A stretch of 61,046 nt of DNA from an uncultured Candidatus Saccharibacteria bacterium (lineage in GTDB: Bacteria; Patescibacteriota; Minisyncoccia; UBA6257; GWB1-50-10). The position numbers and the translations under genes are program-made. Of the stretch, positions 35,451 to 45,248 are shown piece by piece (position 1 is the stretch's first letter; the number at the start of each line of letters is the position of its first letter). Under the pieces are notes generated by a model, which was not told the origin of the DNA, made no database searches, and saw only the letters and a program-made list of their open reading frames with translations. The stretch is from contig CAZBVS010000001.1 in assembly GCA_964495575.1 (NCBI GenBank), forward strand, positions 1-61,046. Reading direction: 5' to 3'.

Positions 35451-36143
35451 ATGAATGCTTTTACATTAACAGCGGTTGTATTCCTTACGCTTCTACCTGG
35501 CTTAGCCTGGCTTTTTTTCTTTCTTCATGAAGATATTCATCCTGAACCCAAAAGGTTGATTGCCTACACCTTTGGGTTTGGTGTTTTAGCCAGTATCCCG
35601 GTATTTGCTTTTCAGATTGTAGGCCAGTCTCTTATCGCTAAGATATCGGCCGGTTTACCACTTACCATATTATTTCTAGCTTTAGTAGAAGAGATATTTA
35701 AGTTTATAGCTGCTTACTGGGCAGTAGGTAAAAGCCCTGAAATGGATGAACCCATTGATGCCATGGTATATATGATTGTAGCTGCCCTAGGTTTAGCCAC
35801 CATTGAAAACTTTTTTATAATCGCCGGTTTCTTAAAAACAGGTGGTTATCAAATATTTTCAGACTTAACAAGCGTTGTCGTTTTAAGATTCGTTGGAGCT
35901 ACTCTTTTACACGCTCTTTCCTCAGGCCTTCTTGGTTTTTACTGGGCTAAAGGAAAGATGAGAAAGGAAATAAAAAAATATATTTTTGTAGGTCTTTGTG
36001 TGGCTACCCTAGTTCACTTTGTGTTTAACTATCTTATTCTAATATTTCAAAACTTAGATCTTCTTCTTTACCCAAGTTTGTTTTTGATAGGATCAGCCTT
36101 TTTCCTTTTTAAAGATTTTCAGAAATTGAGATTAAAATCGTAA
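35451..36143 (+). CDS. PrsW-family intramembrane metalloprotease
   Basis: Polytopic protein with LVEEIFKFIAA (EExxK) and His-containing helices LLHALSSG and HFVFN. Confidence 0.65.
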   Translation: MNAFTLTAVVFLTLLPGLAWLFFFLHEDIHPEPKRLIAYTFGFGVLASIPVFAFQIVGQSLIAKISAGLPLTILFLALVEEIFKFIAAYWAVGKSPEMDEPIDAMVYMIVAALGLATIENFFIIAGFLKTGGYQIFSDLTSVVVLRFVGATLLHALSSGLLGFYWAKGKMRKEIKKYIFVGLCVATLVHFVFNYLILIFQNLDLLLYPSLFLIGSAFFLFKDFQKLRLKS

Positions 36144-36200
36144 AAAATAATTTATTTTGTTATAATAATCAAAGTAATCAAAGATTAATAAAAATAAATT

Positions 36201-36665
36201 ATGTCAAAAGATAAAGATAAAAAAATAAAAGAAGACGAAGAAGCCTTTGCAAAAATGGCGAAGGCTAAAGAAGAGTCGGAAGAAATAGAGGTTGATAGTG
36301 ATGAAGAAAAATCAAACGAAGTATTTGAGGGAGAGGGGCAGTTAACTGTAGATGTATATCAGGACGGCGATGAAATATTTATTGAATCTACAGTAGCCGG
36401 AGTTGACCCGTCAGAGTTAGATATAAACATTACAAGCGAGTCAGTTACCATCCGAGGTGAAAGAGAACGACAGAGGGAGATAGATGATCAAGATTATTTT
36501 TACCAAGAATGTTTTTGGGGAACTTTTTCTCGTTCTGTTATTCTTCCTGAAGAAGTTGATCCTGAAAAATCTGAGGCAAAAATAACAGACAACGGAATAC
36601 TCACAATTCGTTTACCAAAATTAAAAAGAAAGAAACCAAAGAAAGTTGATGTAAAAACCGAGTAA
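36201..36665 (+). CDS. Hsp20/alpha-crystallin small heat-shock protein
   Basis: GQLTVDVYQDGDEIFIESTVAGVDPSELDINITSESVTIRGER...FSRSVILPEEVD...NGILTIRLPK. Confidence 0.85.
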   Translation: MSKDKDKKIKEDEEAFAKMAKAKEESEEIEVDSDEEKSNEVFEGEGQLTVDVYQDGDEIFIESTVAGVDPSELDINITSESVTIRGERERQREIDDQDYFYQECFWGTFSRSVILPEEVDPEKSEAKITDNGILTIRLPKLKRKKPKKVDVKTE

Positions 36666-36671
36666 ATATTT

Positions 36672-36691
36672 AAAGCCCCGAACGGGGTTTT
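36672..36691 (+). terminator. intrinsic terminator after hsp20
   Basis: aaagcccc-gaac-ggggtttt. Confidence 0.55.
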
Positions 36692-36711
36692 AAATATTTA
36701 TTAATAACTTT

Positions 36712-37074
36712 ATGAGCCTAAATACAAAATTTATCATCAGTCTTGCTGTCCTTGTTTTAGTTTTGGGATCAATAAGGCTAGTCATTGATTTACCGAAAAT
36801 TTTTGAAAAGAATTCTGAAACTAATCGACCGGCCGAGAAATCTAAAGTAGACGACACAATTAATAACATTCATGAAGAGGTAAAAAGAACCAAGCCTGAC
36901 GAAAGCTCATCCGATTGTCCGGATGCTTGGTATATAAATAAGATGCCTACCTATGGAGAAGAAAGAACCTCCAATGAATATTTAATGAAAGATGGAAAGC
37001 GTTATGATATGTCTGAATTTGATGAAAGTTGGTTAAGAGATTATTGTAATATGGAACCCCAAATTCTTTATTAA
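36712..37074 (+). CDS. small membrane-anchored hypothetical protein
   Basis: N-terminal anchor FIISLAVLVLVLGSIRLVI; the soluble domain contains 2 Cys. Confidence 0.5.
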   Translation: MSLNTKFIISLAVLVLVLGSIRLVIDLPKIFEKNSETNRPAEKSKVDDTINNIHEEVKRTKPDESSSDCPDAWYINKMPTYGEERTSNEYLMKDGKRYDMSEFDESWLRDYCNMEPQILY

Positions 37075-37097
37075 ATTAATAAAATTAAAAAATAATT

Positions 37098-37661
37098 ATG
37101 AAAAAAATAACTTCTTTAATTCTAATTGCTGCCTTTATAATCATTGGCTATTTTTTATTTCAAAAAGTATCTCAAAACAAGATTAATCAGAACGCTTCTA
37201 TCTTTACTTACAATAGCACTACCACAAATAGTAATTTTTCTTTCCAACATCCTGAAAATTGGGGGAGCCCTCAGATTCAAAAATTAGGAACGGTAGAAAA
37301 GATAATATTTAATAAAGGACTTGTTATTCAATCCGGCAATACAAAGAATCAACAAACTGGAGAAATGATGAGTGTAGAAGAGGCTGCTCAAAATGATGTT
37401 GAGAATAATCCTGGAGATCCTTTAATAACTTCAACAACAATAGCCGGCGTTACCGGTAAACAAGTTGAACTTGAAATACCAAAAGGTCACATTGGTAAGC
37501 TTCAAGACGGAAGCCCAATTCCTCCGAAATCAATTGAAATTACAGATATATTTTTCAGTGAAGATAGCAGCACCAGTACTCCTGTAATATTTTTGCGTTT
37601 TTCTCAAAATGCTAAAGAGTATTTAGACCTGATAAAAGAGAGTTTTGAGTTTGGTAACTAA
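37098..37661 (+). CDS. membrane-anchored hypothetical protein
   Basis: Anchor ITSLILIAAFIIIGYFLF; no recognisable motif. Confidence 0.5.
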   Translation: MKKITSLILIAAFIIIGYFLFQKVSQNKINQNASIFTYNSTTTNSNFSFQHPENWGSPQIQKLGTVEKIIFNKGLVIQSGNTKNQQTGEMMSVEEAAQNDVENNPGDPLITSTTIAGVTGKQVELEIPKGHIGKLQDGSPIPPKSIEITDIFFSEDSSTSTPVIFLRFSQNAKEYLDLIKESFEFGN

Positions 37662-37672
37662 TTTAGCAATAT

Positions 37673-37704
37673 AAAAACACCCGCCTTTAAGGCGGGTGTT
37701 TTTA
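37673..37704. terminator. bidirectional intrinsic terminator between convergent genes
   Basis: cacccgcctt/aaggcgggtg stem flanked by aaaaa and ttttt. Confidence 0.8.
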
Positions 37705-37718
37705 TAATTAGTCTTAGC

Positions 37719-38255
37719 TTAATTTTCTTTCTTGTACCTTTCTACCGCTTTTTCAATTTCTTCGTATGCTTTTTCTTTATCACCCCATTTCTTTATTTCT
37801 ACCTCTTTTCCTTCTAAGTGTTTATACGCTTCGAAGAAATGAGCAGCTTCTTCCAAAAAATGAGGATTGTATGACTGAAGGTCTTTTAGATTTTTAACAT
37901 TTTCCATTCTTGTATTATCAACCTGAACACTAAATATTTTTAGATCTCTTTCCCCTTCATCAAACATCTCCATCATTCCTATAGGTCTGGCCCTTACCAC
38001 GCAACTTGTGAAGGTTGGATCACCTCCTATAACTAATATATCAAGATGATCTCCGTCCTCTGCTCTAGTCTGAGGTATGAAGCCATAATCTGCTGGATAA
38101 TGAAGAGGAGAGTGTAATACTCTGTCCAACTTAAAAACATCTAAATCTTCATCGTACTCATATTTATTATGAGTCCCTTTTGGTATTTCTATCACCGCAT
38201 TTATTATTTTAGGAGATTTTTCTCCTAATTTTATTTTATCGAATGGACTAGACAT
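37719..38255 (-). CDS. ppa: inorganic pyrophosphatase (family I)
   Basis: EIPKGTHNKYEYD, DGDHLDILVIG and DEGERDLKIFSV. Confidence 0.9.
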   Translation of the reverse strand: MSSPFDKIKLGEKSPKIINAVIEIPKGTHNKYEYDEDLDVFKLDRVLHSPLHYPADYGFIPQTRAEDGDHLDILVIGGDPTFTSCVVRARPIGMMEMFDEGERDLKIFSVQVDNTRMENVKNLKDLQSYNPHFLEEAAHFFEAYKHLEGKEVEIKKWGDKEKAYEEIEKAVERYKKEN

Positions 38256-38264
38256 ATTTTTGCT

Positions 38265-39479
38265 TTACTCTTTTTCTTCCGACTTTTCCTCTTCCTCCGA
38301 CTCCTCGGAAGCCTCCACATTTTCTTCTTCTGTTTCTTCCTCGGTTTCTTCAACCTTCGAAACTCCTCCTTCCATCTCTTCGTCTGGGTTTGATTGAGGT
38401 CGTACATCAATTTTCCAACCAGTAAGTTTTGCAGCTAGCCTTACATTTTGCCCACCCTTTCCTATTGCTAAGCTTAATTGATCATCAGCTACTAAAGCCA
38501 TTGCTTCTCTTCTTGGTTTTACTTCTACCAACTTTACCTTGGCTGGTGACAGAGCGTTACCAATATACTCATCCATCTCCTCGCTCCATTCTACAACATC
38601 AATTTTTTCATCTCCCAATTCATTGATGACGGCCATAATTCTTGAACCTCTTTGACCTACAACAGATCCTACGGGGTCAACACCCTCTTCTTCAGAATAT
38701 ACGGCTATCTTTGTTCGGTTCCCCGGTTCTCGAGCAACCTTTTTTATTTTAACTACATCCTCTGCAATTTCAGGAACTTCTAACTCAAAGAGTTTTTTAA
38801 CAAAATCAGGATGAGACCGAGAAAGAATAATACCTGGCCTTCCTCTCTCTTCTTCTTGAACGGCTAGCACATAGAATCTCATTCTTTGACCATTTTGATA
38901 ATGCTCACCAGGGATTGATTCATTTTTAAACATAATTCCCATCGCTCTATCTAAATCAACGTATACATGACCGCGTTCATATCTTTGAACCACGCCACTT
39001 ACAATTTCTCCTTCTTTGTCCAGGTACTCTTCTCTTATTGAACTCCTCTCGGCTTCTCTTACTGCTTGTATTATAACTTGTTTGGCGGTCTGAGCTGCAA
39101 TTCTTCCAAAATCTTCATGTTCTTTTAAAGGAAATCTTACTACCCCTCCTGGCTCAACATCCTTATCTTTTTCTTTAGCATCTTCTAATAATATGTGGCG
39201 GTCAGAATTAAACCTAAATCTATCATCATCAGGGTTTTCTTCTTCTCCTGGCACCCATACATCATCTGGGCTAACTACTTTCTTTTCTAACCAAAAATTC
39301 ATCTTTCCTGATTCAGGATCAAACTTAGCTTTTACTGATTCTGATTTTTTTCGATACTCCTTTTTATATGCACTTCCAAGGGCAGATTCAATAGCTTCGA
39401 TTACATTCTCTGTTTCAATTCCACGGTCTTCAGAAATCTGATCAATAGCAGATTTAATTTTTTTAAGATCCATTTTCAT
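38265..39479 (-). CDS. nusA: transcription termination/antitermination factor NusA with acidic C-terminal tail
   Basis: NTD, S1 (GEIVSGVVQRYERGHVYVDL) and two KH domains (IGKGGQNVRLAAKLTGWKIDV); the tail is E-rich. Confidence 0.9.
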   Translation of the reverse strand: MKMDLKKIKSAIDQISEDRGIETENVIEAIESALGSAYKKEYRKKSESVKAKFDPESGKMNFWLEKKVVSPDDVWVPGEEENPDDDRFRFNSDRHILLEDAKEKDKDVEPGGVVRFPLKEHEDFGRIAAQTAKQVIIQAVREAERSSIREEYLDKEGEIVSGVVQRYERGHVYVDLDRAMGIMFKNESIPGEHYQNGQRMRFYVLAVQEEERGRPGIILSRSHPDFVKKLFELEVPEIAEDVVKIKKVAREPGNRTKIAVYSEEEGVDPVGSVVGQRGSRIMAVINELGDEKIDVVEWSEEMDEYIGNALSPAKVKLVEVKPRREAMALVADDQLSLAIGKGGQNVRLAAKLTGWKIDVRPQSNPDEEMEGGVSKVEETEEETEEENVEASEESEEEEKSEEKE

Positions 39480-39674
39480 AAATCACTTTTTATTATTTTT
39501 AAAATATTGTTATACGACTTTATTAGATTTAGTTATAACAATATGTAGGGTAAATATAAATCCGCTCATTCTAGAGCGGATAGTTTATACTACCTTGTTT
39601 TACATTCCTATAATACACCTGTAACCCGTTCTGGTCAAGGTTGTTTTAGTATTTTTTTAAGTTATTATTAAAGT

Positions 39675-39956
39675 ATGAAAACTGGAACTAAACATTTTAA
39701 TATCAAGGTTTTTGGTCGAGTTCAAAAAGTTGGGTTTCGATTTAATACCAAGAGAAAAGCAGACCGATTAAACATTAAGGGTTTTGTAAAAAATAAGTCA
39801 GATGGCTCGGTTTATATTGAGGCCGAAGGTGATCAAGAATCACTTGAAAAGTTTATAAGCTGGGTCAAAAAAGGACCTCTATTTTCAAAGGTAAAAAGAA
39901 TTGAAAAAGAAAAAGATAAAGTAAAAAATTTTGAAAAATTTAATATAAAATATTAA
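39675..39956 (+). CDS. acyP: acylphosphatase
   Basis: VFGRVQKVGFRFNTKRKADRLNIKGFVKNKSDGSVYIEAEG. The promoter-like element TTGTTT-16-TATTAT ends 6 nt before the ATG. Confidence 0.8.
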   Translation: MKTGTKHFNIKVFGRVQKVGFRFNTKRKADRLNIKGFVKNKSDGSVYIEAEGDQESLEKFISWVKKGPLFSKVKRIEKEKDKVKNFEKFNIKY

Positions 39957-39959
39957 AAA

Positions 39960-39983
39960 AGAGTGGCTTTTTAAGACCACTCT
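39960..39983. terminator. bidirectional terminator-like hairpin between convergent acyP and the Nudix-like gene
   Basis: agagtgg-loop-ccactct flanked by A-rich and T-rich runs. Confidence 0.55.
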
Positions 39984-39990
39984 ATATAAA

Positions 39991-40392
39991 TTATTTTTTT
40001 AACTCATCACGCAGAAAATCTGCGTGATTTTCTAAAACTTTATTTTTAGTTATTAATTTTTTTACCTCCCCTTCAGAAAAAATCTGCGCCTTTCTAATAG
40101 CACTGCTTATTTTCTGAAAGAGTTGAAAAAATTCTCCCCGGAAAATTAAAAATTCATGTCCGCCTAATTTTTTTCTAAAAGCTGGTTTGTGATCCCGAAT
40201 CACAAACTCAAAATCAGGCAACTCTTCCCGAAGTTCTCGATCCAAGGTTTGGACATAATATACCTCGCCTCTTTTTTTCTTGCCTCCCGGCAATTTCCAT
40301 TTATGAGGCCTTGGTTTATTAGCATCTTGAATCAGTACTATTTTTTCTTCGGGGAAACTTTTGAAATAACCAAAACATGCCCAGTCTTTCAT
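39991..40392 (-). CDS. Nudix-like hydrolase (degenerate Nudix box)
   Basis: GGKKKRGEVYYVQTLDRELREEL approximates GX5EX7REUXEEXGU with one extra residue. Confidence 0.5.
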   Translation of the reverse strand: MKDWACFGYFKSFPEEKIVLIQDANKPRPHKWKLPGGKKKRGEVYYVQTLDRELREELPDFEFVIRDHKPAFRKKLGGHEFLIFRGEFFQLFQKISSAIRKAQIFSEGEVKKLITKNKVLENHADFLRDELKK

Positions 40393-40593
40393 GTCAACCT
40401 CCTATTTAATTCTTTATTTACTATATATATAATGTATCAAAATGAAGAAAAAGTCAAGATGTAATAACCATACTTGACAAATATTTTGATATTTGGCATT
40501 TATTTAATTGCTTAGCAGAGCCCTTTACAAAACGTCAAAATTGTTATCAACAATATATGCACACCACTTTTTGTCTTAATGGTTTTTTACCTG

Positions 40594-41002
40594 TTTTTAC
40601 CAAAAATGTTTCACGCTAAACATTTAGTATCTATTATGAGATAAACATTGATTAAAAACCCCAAGAATGTTTAGCGTGAAACATTTTTGGGGTTTTTAGG
40701 GTCAACAACATAACTGAAAAACCGGTATTATGTTTCACATGAAACATTTTTGATCTAAATAACGCTTGGAATGTTTAGCGTGAAACATTAAAAACGCACA
40801 TAGACGTAAAATTGTGAAAGATGTTTCACGCTAAACACTTTTTACCAAATATGTTTCACGCTAAACATTTTTCCATATAAAAAATGTTTGTCACTTTTTT
40901 GTCAATGTTTCACACCCGTTTTTTGGCTTAGCTTCGTTAATCAAAATGTTTCACACGTTTGTCACTTTTTTGTCAAGTTTTATAAGAACATTGACAAAAA
41001 AG
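40594..41002. repeat. array of parS-like 16-bp palindromic sites plus additional direct and inverted repeats in a 0.9-kb non-coding region
   Basis: TGTTTCACGCTAAACA occurs at 40607, 40822 and 40852. Its inverse TGTTTAGCGTGAAACA occurs at 40668 and 40772. TGTTTCACATGAAACA occurs at 40731. Half-sites TGTTTCACA occur at 40906 and 40947. The 20-nt direct repeat GTTTGTCACTTTTTTGTCAA occurs at 40886 and 40957. The inverted repeat cttttttgtcaa/ttgacaaaaaag spans 40965-41002. Confidence 0.8.
40731..40746. promoter_or_regulatory. best parS-like site (15/16 match to TGTTNCACGTGAAACA)
   Basis: tgtttcacatgaaaca read directly. It differs from the ParB-binding consensus only at the central G>A. Confidence 0.6.
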
Positions 41003-41304
41003 AAAATTAAATTATTAATAAAAAACAGATTATTTTTAATACAATAAAATATATAAAAGTCAACTAATGCTTTAATCTATCTTTTTATCATTTTTAAAAA
41101 AATGACTAACGTGTTTTTTAAAATATTAAGTTCTTAAAATAAGGAATATGAATTCAATAGATCTCAACCGAAATATTTTAAGCTTTCTGCGCAGGATCAT
41201 TGATAGAATATATTATTATCAAAACCCGATGGATTTTAAGAAAAGCCGTGATATAATTAAAACCAGTGGAAACGAACTTAAAGTAATTTTTAACTAATCT
41301 AATA

Positions 41305-43440
41305 ATGGCAAAAAAGAAAAGCAAAAAGAAAAAATCTAAAAAAGATAAGAAAAATGTTTTTTCTGACATTCACCCCGAAGTTAGAAAAAATGTTTCCGTA
41401 ATAACATTTTTAGCGTTAGCAATAATTTTCATATTAGCTTCTGTAGGTCAAGCCGGTCCTTGGGGGAGTAAGTTTTTTTCATTTTTCGATAAGCTTTTTG
41501 GCTGGGGATATTATTTACTCCCCTTAGTTTCATTTTTAATAGCCTTCTCTTTTCTTCTTCCCGAAGAAAGAAAATTTTGGAAAACAACTTTAATCAGCGC
41601 ATTATTTTTTGTAATTTCTGGATTAGGATTAATTGATATTTTGTCTCCAAAAAATGGAGGATTAACCGGTGCTTTAATTGGAGTTCTTGAAAACCCATTT
41701 GGGATTCCAGTCTCAATAATAATTACCGGCGGAATTTGCCTTACTACATTTTTAATTATTCTCAACCGACCGTTACATTTCACAAGTCTCTTCAAAAAAC
41801 TTAGAGAGAAAATAAAAAACACCTCACTAAAAGAAAAAAACCAAAAGCTAGAGTTTGGTATCTCAACCCCTATGGGAGAGGATGAAGAAGAATCAAAAGG
41901 TGAACCGGAAGAAGAAAAAGAAAATACTGAAGAAAAAAAATCTGGCTCAAAAGATAAACAGAAAGAAGACGAAGAGGAGGAACCAGAAGAAGACGAAGGG
42001 GAGGAAGATTTTGAGATTGAAACAAGAGAAAGTTCAGGTGATTATAACGCTCCGCCACTTTCAATCTTTATCTCAAAAAGTAAAAAACCAACCTCTGGAG
42101 ATCTGCGGGCCAACGCAAATATAATAAGAAGAACCTTAGACAGTTTTGGAATTCAAGTTGATATGGGTGAAGTCCAGGTTGGTCCAACCGTAACTCGTTA
42201 TACACTAAAACCAGCCGAGGGAGTTAAGCTTTCTAAGATCACCGGTCTTAATTCTGACCTGGCTCTTGCTTTGGCTGCCCACCCAATAAGAATTGAAGCT
42301 CCGATCCCGGGCAAGTCATTAGTAGGGATTGAGGTTCCAAACAAAAATGCAGCAGTAGTTAGACTTGGTAGTATTCTCGCTAAGAAGAAGTTTAAAAAAA
42401 CATCCCCTCTTACATTTGTATTAGGAAGGGGAGTTAATGGCGATCCAGTATTTGCAGATATTGCTAAGATGCCTCATGTTTTAATAGCTGGAGCAACTGG
42501 TAGTGGAAAAAGTATCTGTATCCATACATTGCTTCTTTCCCTCTTATACAAAAACTCCCCGGATGATCTAAGATTGGTTATGGTAGACCCTAAAAGAGTA
42601 GAGCTTTCTGTGTATGATGATATTCCTCATCTGATTTCCCCAGTTATTACCAAGAACAAAAAAGCGGTGGGTGCACTAAAGTGGGCAATCAACGAAATGG
42701 AAAGACGTTATGAGGTTCTACTTGATGCTGGAGCTAGAGATATAAAAAGTTTTAACAAAGGTAAAGGAGATCACATGCCTTACATATTAATAGTGATTGA
42801 TGAGTTGGCTGACCTTATGGCTTCATACGGTAGAGAGGTAGAAGGAGCTATTGTCCGACTAGCGCAGATGTCCCGGGCTGTAGGGATTCATTTGGTTGTC
42901 TCTACTCAAAGGCCTTCTGTGGAAGTAATTACTGGTTTGATTAAAGCTAACATCACAACCCGTATTGCTTTGCAGGTTGCTAGCGGGGTTGATTCAAGAA
43001 CAATTCTTGACTCCAACGGAGCTGAAAAATTATTAGGCAACGGAGACCTCCTGTTTATTTCCTCAGAGTCTTCTAAGCCTCAAAGAATACAAGGTTCATA
43101 TGTAACCGAGAAAGAGATTAAAAAAACAGTTAAGTACATAAAGAAGAATAATGAGTATGAAGAAGAGGAAGTAGACATGGATGAAAAGGATGATGCCTCT
43201 CCATCCGCAATAGATTTTGACAAGATAGAAAATGAAGAAGAAAAAGACGAGTTATATGATGAAGCGGTTAAAGTTGTTAAAAAAGCTGAAAAAGGATCCG
43301 CCTCTTTATTACAACGTCGTTTAAGAATTGGTTATGCTCGAGCAGCTCGTATCTTAGACAGCATGGAGAAGGAAGGCATAGTAGGTCCTCCGAGAGGTTC
43401 AAAGGCCAGGGAAGTTTATTTAGACGGTGAAGAGGAGTAA
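41305..43440 (+). CDS. ftsK: DNA translocase FtsK/SpoIIIE
   Basis: N-terminal transmembrane helices, acidic linker, Walker A GATGSGKS, Walker B ILIVIDELADL, C-terminal gamma winged helix SASLLQRRLRIGYARAARILDSMEKEGIVG. Confidence 0.9.
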   Translation: MAKKKSKKKKSKKDKKNVFSDIHPEVRKNVSVITFLALAIIFILASVGQAGPWGSKFFSFFDKLFGWGYYLLPLVSFLIAFSFLLPEERKFWKTTLISALFFVISGLGLIDILSPKNGGLTGALIGVLENPFGIPVSIIITGGICLTTFLIILNRPLHFTSLFKKLREKIKNTSLKEKNQKLEFGISTPMGEDEEESKGEPEEEKENTEEKKSGSKDKQKEDEEEEPEEDEGEEDFEIETRESSGDYNAPPLSIFISKSKKPTSGDLRANANIIRRTLDSFGIQVDMGEVQVGPTVTRYTLKPAEGVKLSKITGLNSDLALALAAHPIRIEAPIPGKSLVGIEVPNKNAAVVRLGSILAKKKFKKTSPLTFVLGRGVNGDPVFADIAKMPHVLIAGATGSGKSICIHTLLLSLLYKNSPDDLRLVMVDPKRVELSVYDDIPHLISPVITKNKKAVGALKWAINEMERRYEVLLDAGARDIKSFNKGKGDHMPYILIVIDELADLMASYGREVEGAIVRLAQMSRAVGIHLVVSTQRPSVEVITGLIKANITTRIALQVASGVDSRTILDSNGAEKLLGNGDLLFISSESSKPQRIQGSYVTEKEIKKTVKYIKKNNEYEEEEVDMDEKDDASPSAIDFDKIENEEEKDELYDEAVKVVKKAEKGSASLLQRRLRIGYARAARILDSMEKEGIVGPPRGSKAREVYLDGEEE

Positions 43441-43468
43441 AATAAAAAGTAGAGAAGAAACAAAAAAA

Positions 43469-44179
43469 ATGGCTAATAATTCTCAAAAAAATTTTTCATC
43501 AATATTGATAGAAGCGATGAAGGCTCAAGGAATGAATGAATCACAGTTAGCTGATGCAACAGGCATCTCTGAAAGATTCATCAAGCTTTTGATAAAGAAT
43601 GATCTTAAAAAACTTCCTCCCGCACCTTATCTCCACGGCTATATTTTAAAAATAGCTGACGTTGTTGACATGGACGGAGAAAAAATCTGGGAAAGATATT
43701 TTAAAAATAATAACAATCTAAGGTCTTCCGGTAACACAGATCATCTACCTAAAAATAGATTCTCTGTTTCTAAAATAAACACCAAGATCTTCTTAGGTGT
43801 TATTGTAATAATTGCAGTAATCGCTTATTTCATAATCCGAAGCTTTTTGGGGGTTGATATTGCCCGAGAGTTGAACCTTGAAGGCTTCAATGAAGAGCCT
43901 GTAATTTCTGAAGAAGCCTCTTACAACATCAAAGGAAATATTAGCCCTAAGTACCAGTTGAAAATTAACCAACAATCTGTTTATCCTGAAAGTGATGGAG
44001 ACTTTTCAAAAACGATAGATCTCAGCCCAGGATTTAATACCGTAATGTTTAACATTAAAGGACCCCTAAAAAGAGAAGAAAAGATTGCTAAAGAAATATA
44101 TTACAAAACAGATAATCAAGAAAATATTGAACAAGCAACTACAACATCAGTTACCACCTCGTCTACAATTAATAACTAA
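43469..44179 (+). CDS. RodZ-like HTH-domain membrane protein
   Basis: HTH region [23 protein letters not shown], single transmembrane helix [17 protein letters not shown], beta-rich C-terminus. I prefer the start at ATG 43469 over 43427, which would overlap ftsK; the choice is uncertain. Confidence 0.6.
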   Translation: MANNSQKNFSSILIEAMKAQGMNESQLADATGISERFIKLLIKNDLKKLPPAPYLHGYILKIADVVDMDGEKIWERYFKNNNNLRSSGNTDHLPKNRFSVSKINTKIFLGVIVIIAVIAYFIIRSFLGVDIARELNLEGFNEEPVISEEASYNIKGNISPKYQLKINQQSVYPESDGDFSKTIDLSPGFNTVMFNIKGPLKREEKIAKEIYYKTDNQENIEQATTTSVTTSSTINN

Positions 44180-44187
44180 ATAATTTA

Positions 44188-45240
44188 ATGGCAAAAAAGA
44201 AAAAGAAAAAAAAGAAGAAAAAAAAGAAAAAAAAGGATAAAGACATCGAAGAGTTAAAGGACTCCCTTCAATCTCAATATGGGGAAGGGGCCATAATGAA
44301 ATTAGGTGACCAAAAGAAGATTGACGTAGAAAGTATTCCATCTGGTTCATTTTCTCTTGATATTGCTTTAGGTGTAGGCGGCCTTCCAAAAGGAAGAGTA
44401 GTTGAGATATACGGACCTGAATCAAGTGGAAAAACAACTCTTGCTCTTCACGCTATTGCCGAGACTCAAAAGCAGGATGGTAAAGCTGCCTTTATTGATG
44501 CCGAACATGCTCTTGATCCTGAGTATGCAAAAAAGATTGGTGTTAAAGTTAACGAATTAATAATTTCTCAACCGGACAGCGGAGACGAGGCTCTAAACAT
44601 TTTAGAAGACATTGTTCGTTCTGGGGCGGTAGACGTAGTAGTTATAGACTCTGTAGCTGCCCTTACTCCTAAAGAAGAAATAGAAGGAGAGATGGGGGAT
44701 AAGCATGTTGGTTTACAGGCCCGACTTATGTCCCAAGCTCTTAGAAAGATAACCTCCGTTGCAGGCAAATCTAAAACCATTGTAATCTTTATCAATCAAA
44801 TCAGAATGAAGATTGGGGTTATGTATGGAAACCCTGAAACCACTCCTGGTGGTCGTGCTCTTAAATTCTATTCCTCAGTTCGACTTGATATTCGTAGAAA
44901 AGCTCAGATTAAGAAGAAGGATGAGGTCGTAGGCAACAGAGCAAAGGTTAAGGTAGTTAAGAATAAGGTAGCTCCTCCGTTTAAAATAGCTGAGTTTGAT
45001 ATCCTTTATGGTAAAGGTATTTCATATGAAAGCGATGTTTTAAATACCGCTTTAAAATATGGCGTAGCTAAAAGAAAAGGACCTAGCTATAGATACGACG
45101 GAGAAAGCATTGCTGTAGGTTTTGATAACGCAAGAAGAGAATTACAAAAAGACACCGAGCTTCTTGAAGAGATAATGGAAAAAACTAAGGAAGCTATAAA
45201 AGAAGCCAATGAATCAAAGGAAAAAGAAGATGATGATTAA
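44188..45240 (+). CDS. recA: recombinase RecA with N-terminal poly-lysine extension
   Basis: [19 protein letters not shown] (Walker A), [19 protein letters not shown], and L2 loop [20 protein letters not shown]. The N-terminus is [19 protein letters not shown]. Confidence 0.95.
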   Translation: MAKKKKKKKKKKKKKKDKDIEELKDSLQSQYGEGAIMKLGDQKKIDVESIPSGSFSLDIALGVGGLPKGRVVEIYGPESSGKTTLALHAIAETQKQDGKAAFIDAEHALDPEYAKKIGVKVNELIISQPDSGDEALNILEDIVRSGAVDVVVIDSVAALTPKEEIEGEMGDKHVGLQARLMSQALRKITSVAGKSKTIVIFINQIRMKIGVMYGNPETTPGGRALKFYSSVRLDIRRKAQIKKKDEVVGNRAKVKVVKNKVAPPFKIAEFDILYGKGISYESDVLNTALKYGVAKRKGPSYRYDGESIAVGFDNARRELQKDTELLEEIMEKTKEAIKEANESKEKEDDD

Positions 45241-45248
45241 ATAAAAAT

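Noticed and set aside
40594-41002. Possible CRISPR array, because a ~20-nt unit recurs six or more times.
   Set aside because: The units are themselves inverted repeats and occur in both orientations. Spacing is irregular (30-63 bp), there is no uniform repeat-spacer periodicity, and no cas genes are nearby. The motif matches ParB-type parS half-sites much better.
41148-41297. 49-codon plus-strand ORF (MNSIDLNRNILSFLRRIIDRIYYYQNPMDFKK...) just upstream of ftsK, below the ORF-track cutoff.
   Set aside because: The only SD-like AGGA is 2-3 nt from the ATG, the ORF lies in the AT-rich putative unwinding region, and no motif is recognisable. It is not reported as a feature but is worth a conservation check.
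41178-41369. 63-aa minus-strand ORF spanning the ftsK start.
   Set aside because: It is antisense to the K-rich ftsK 5' end and to AT-rich spacer DNA. The sequence is low-complexity F/L/I-rich and there is no SD.
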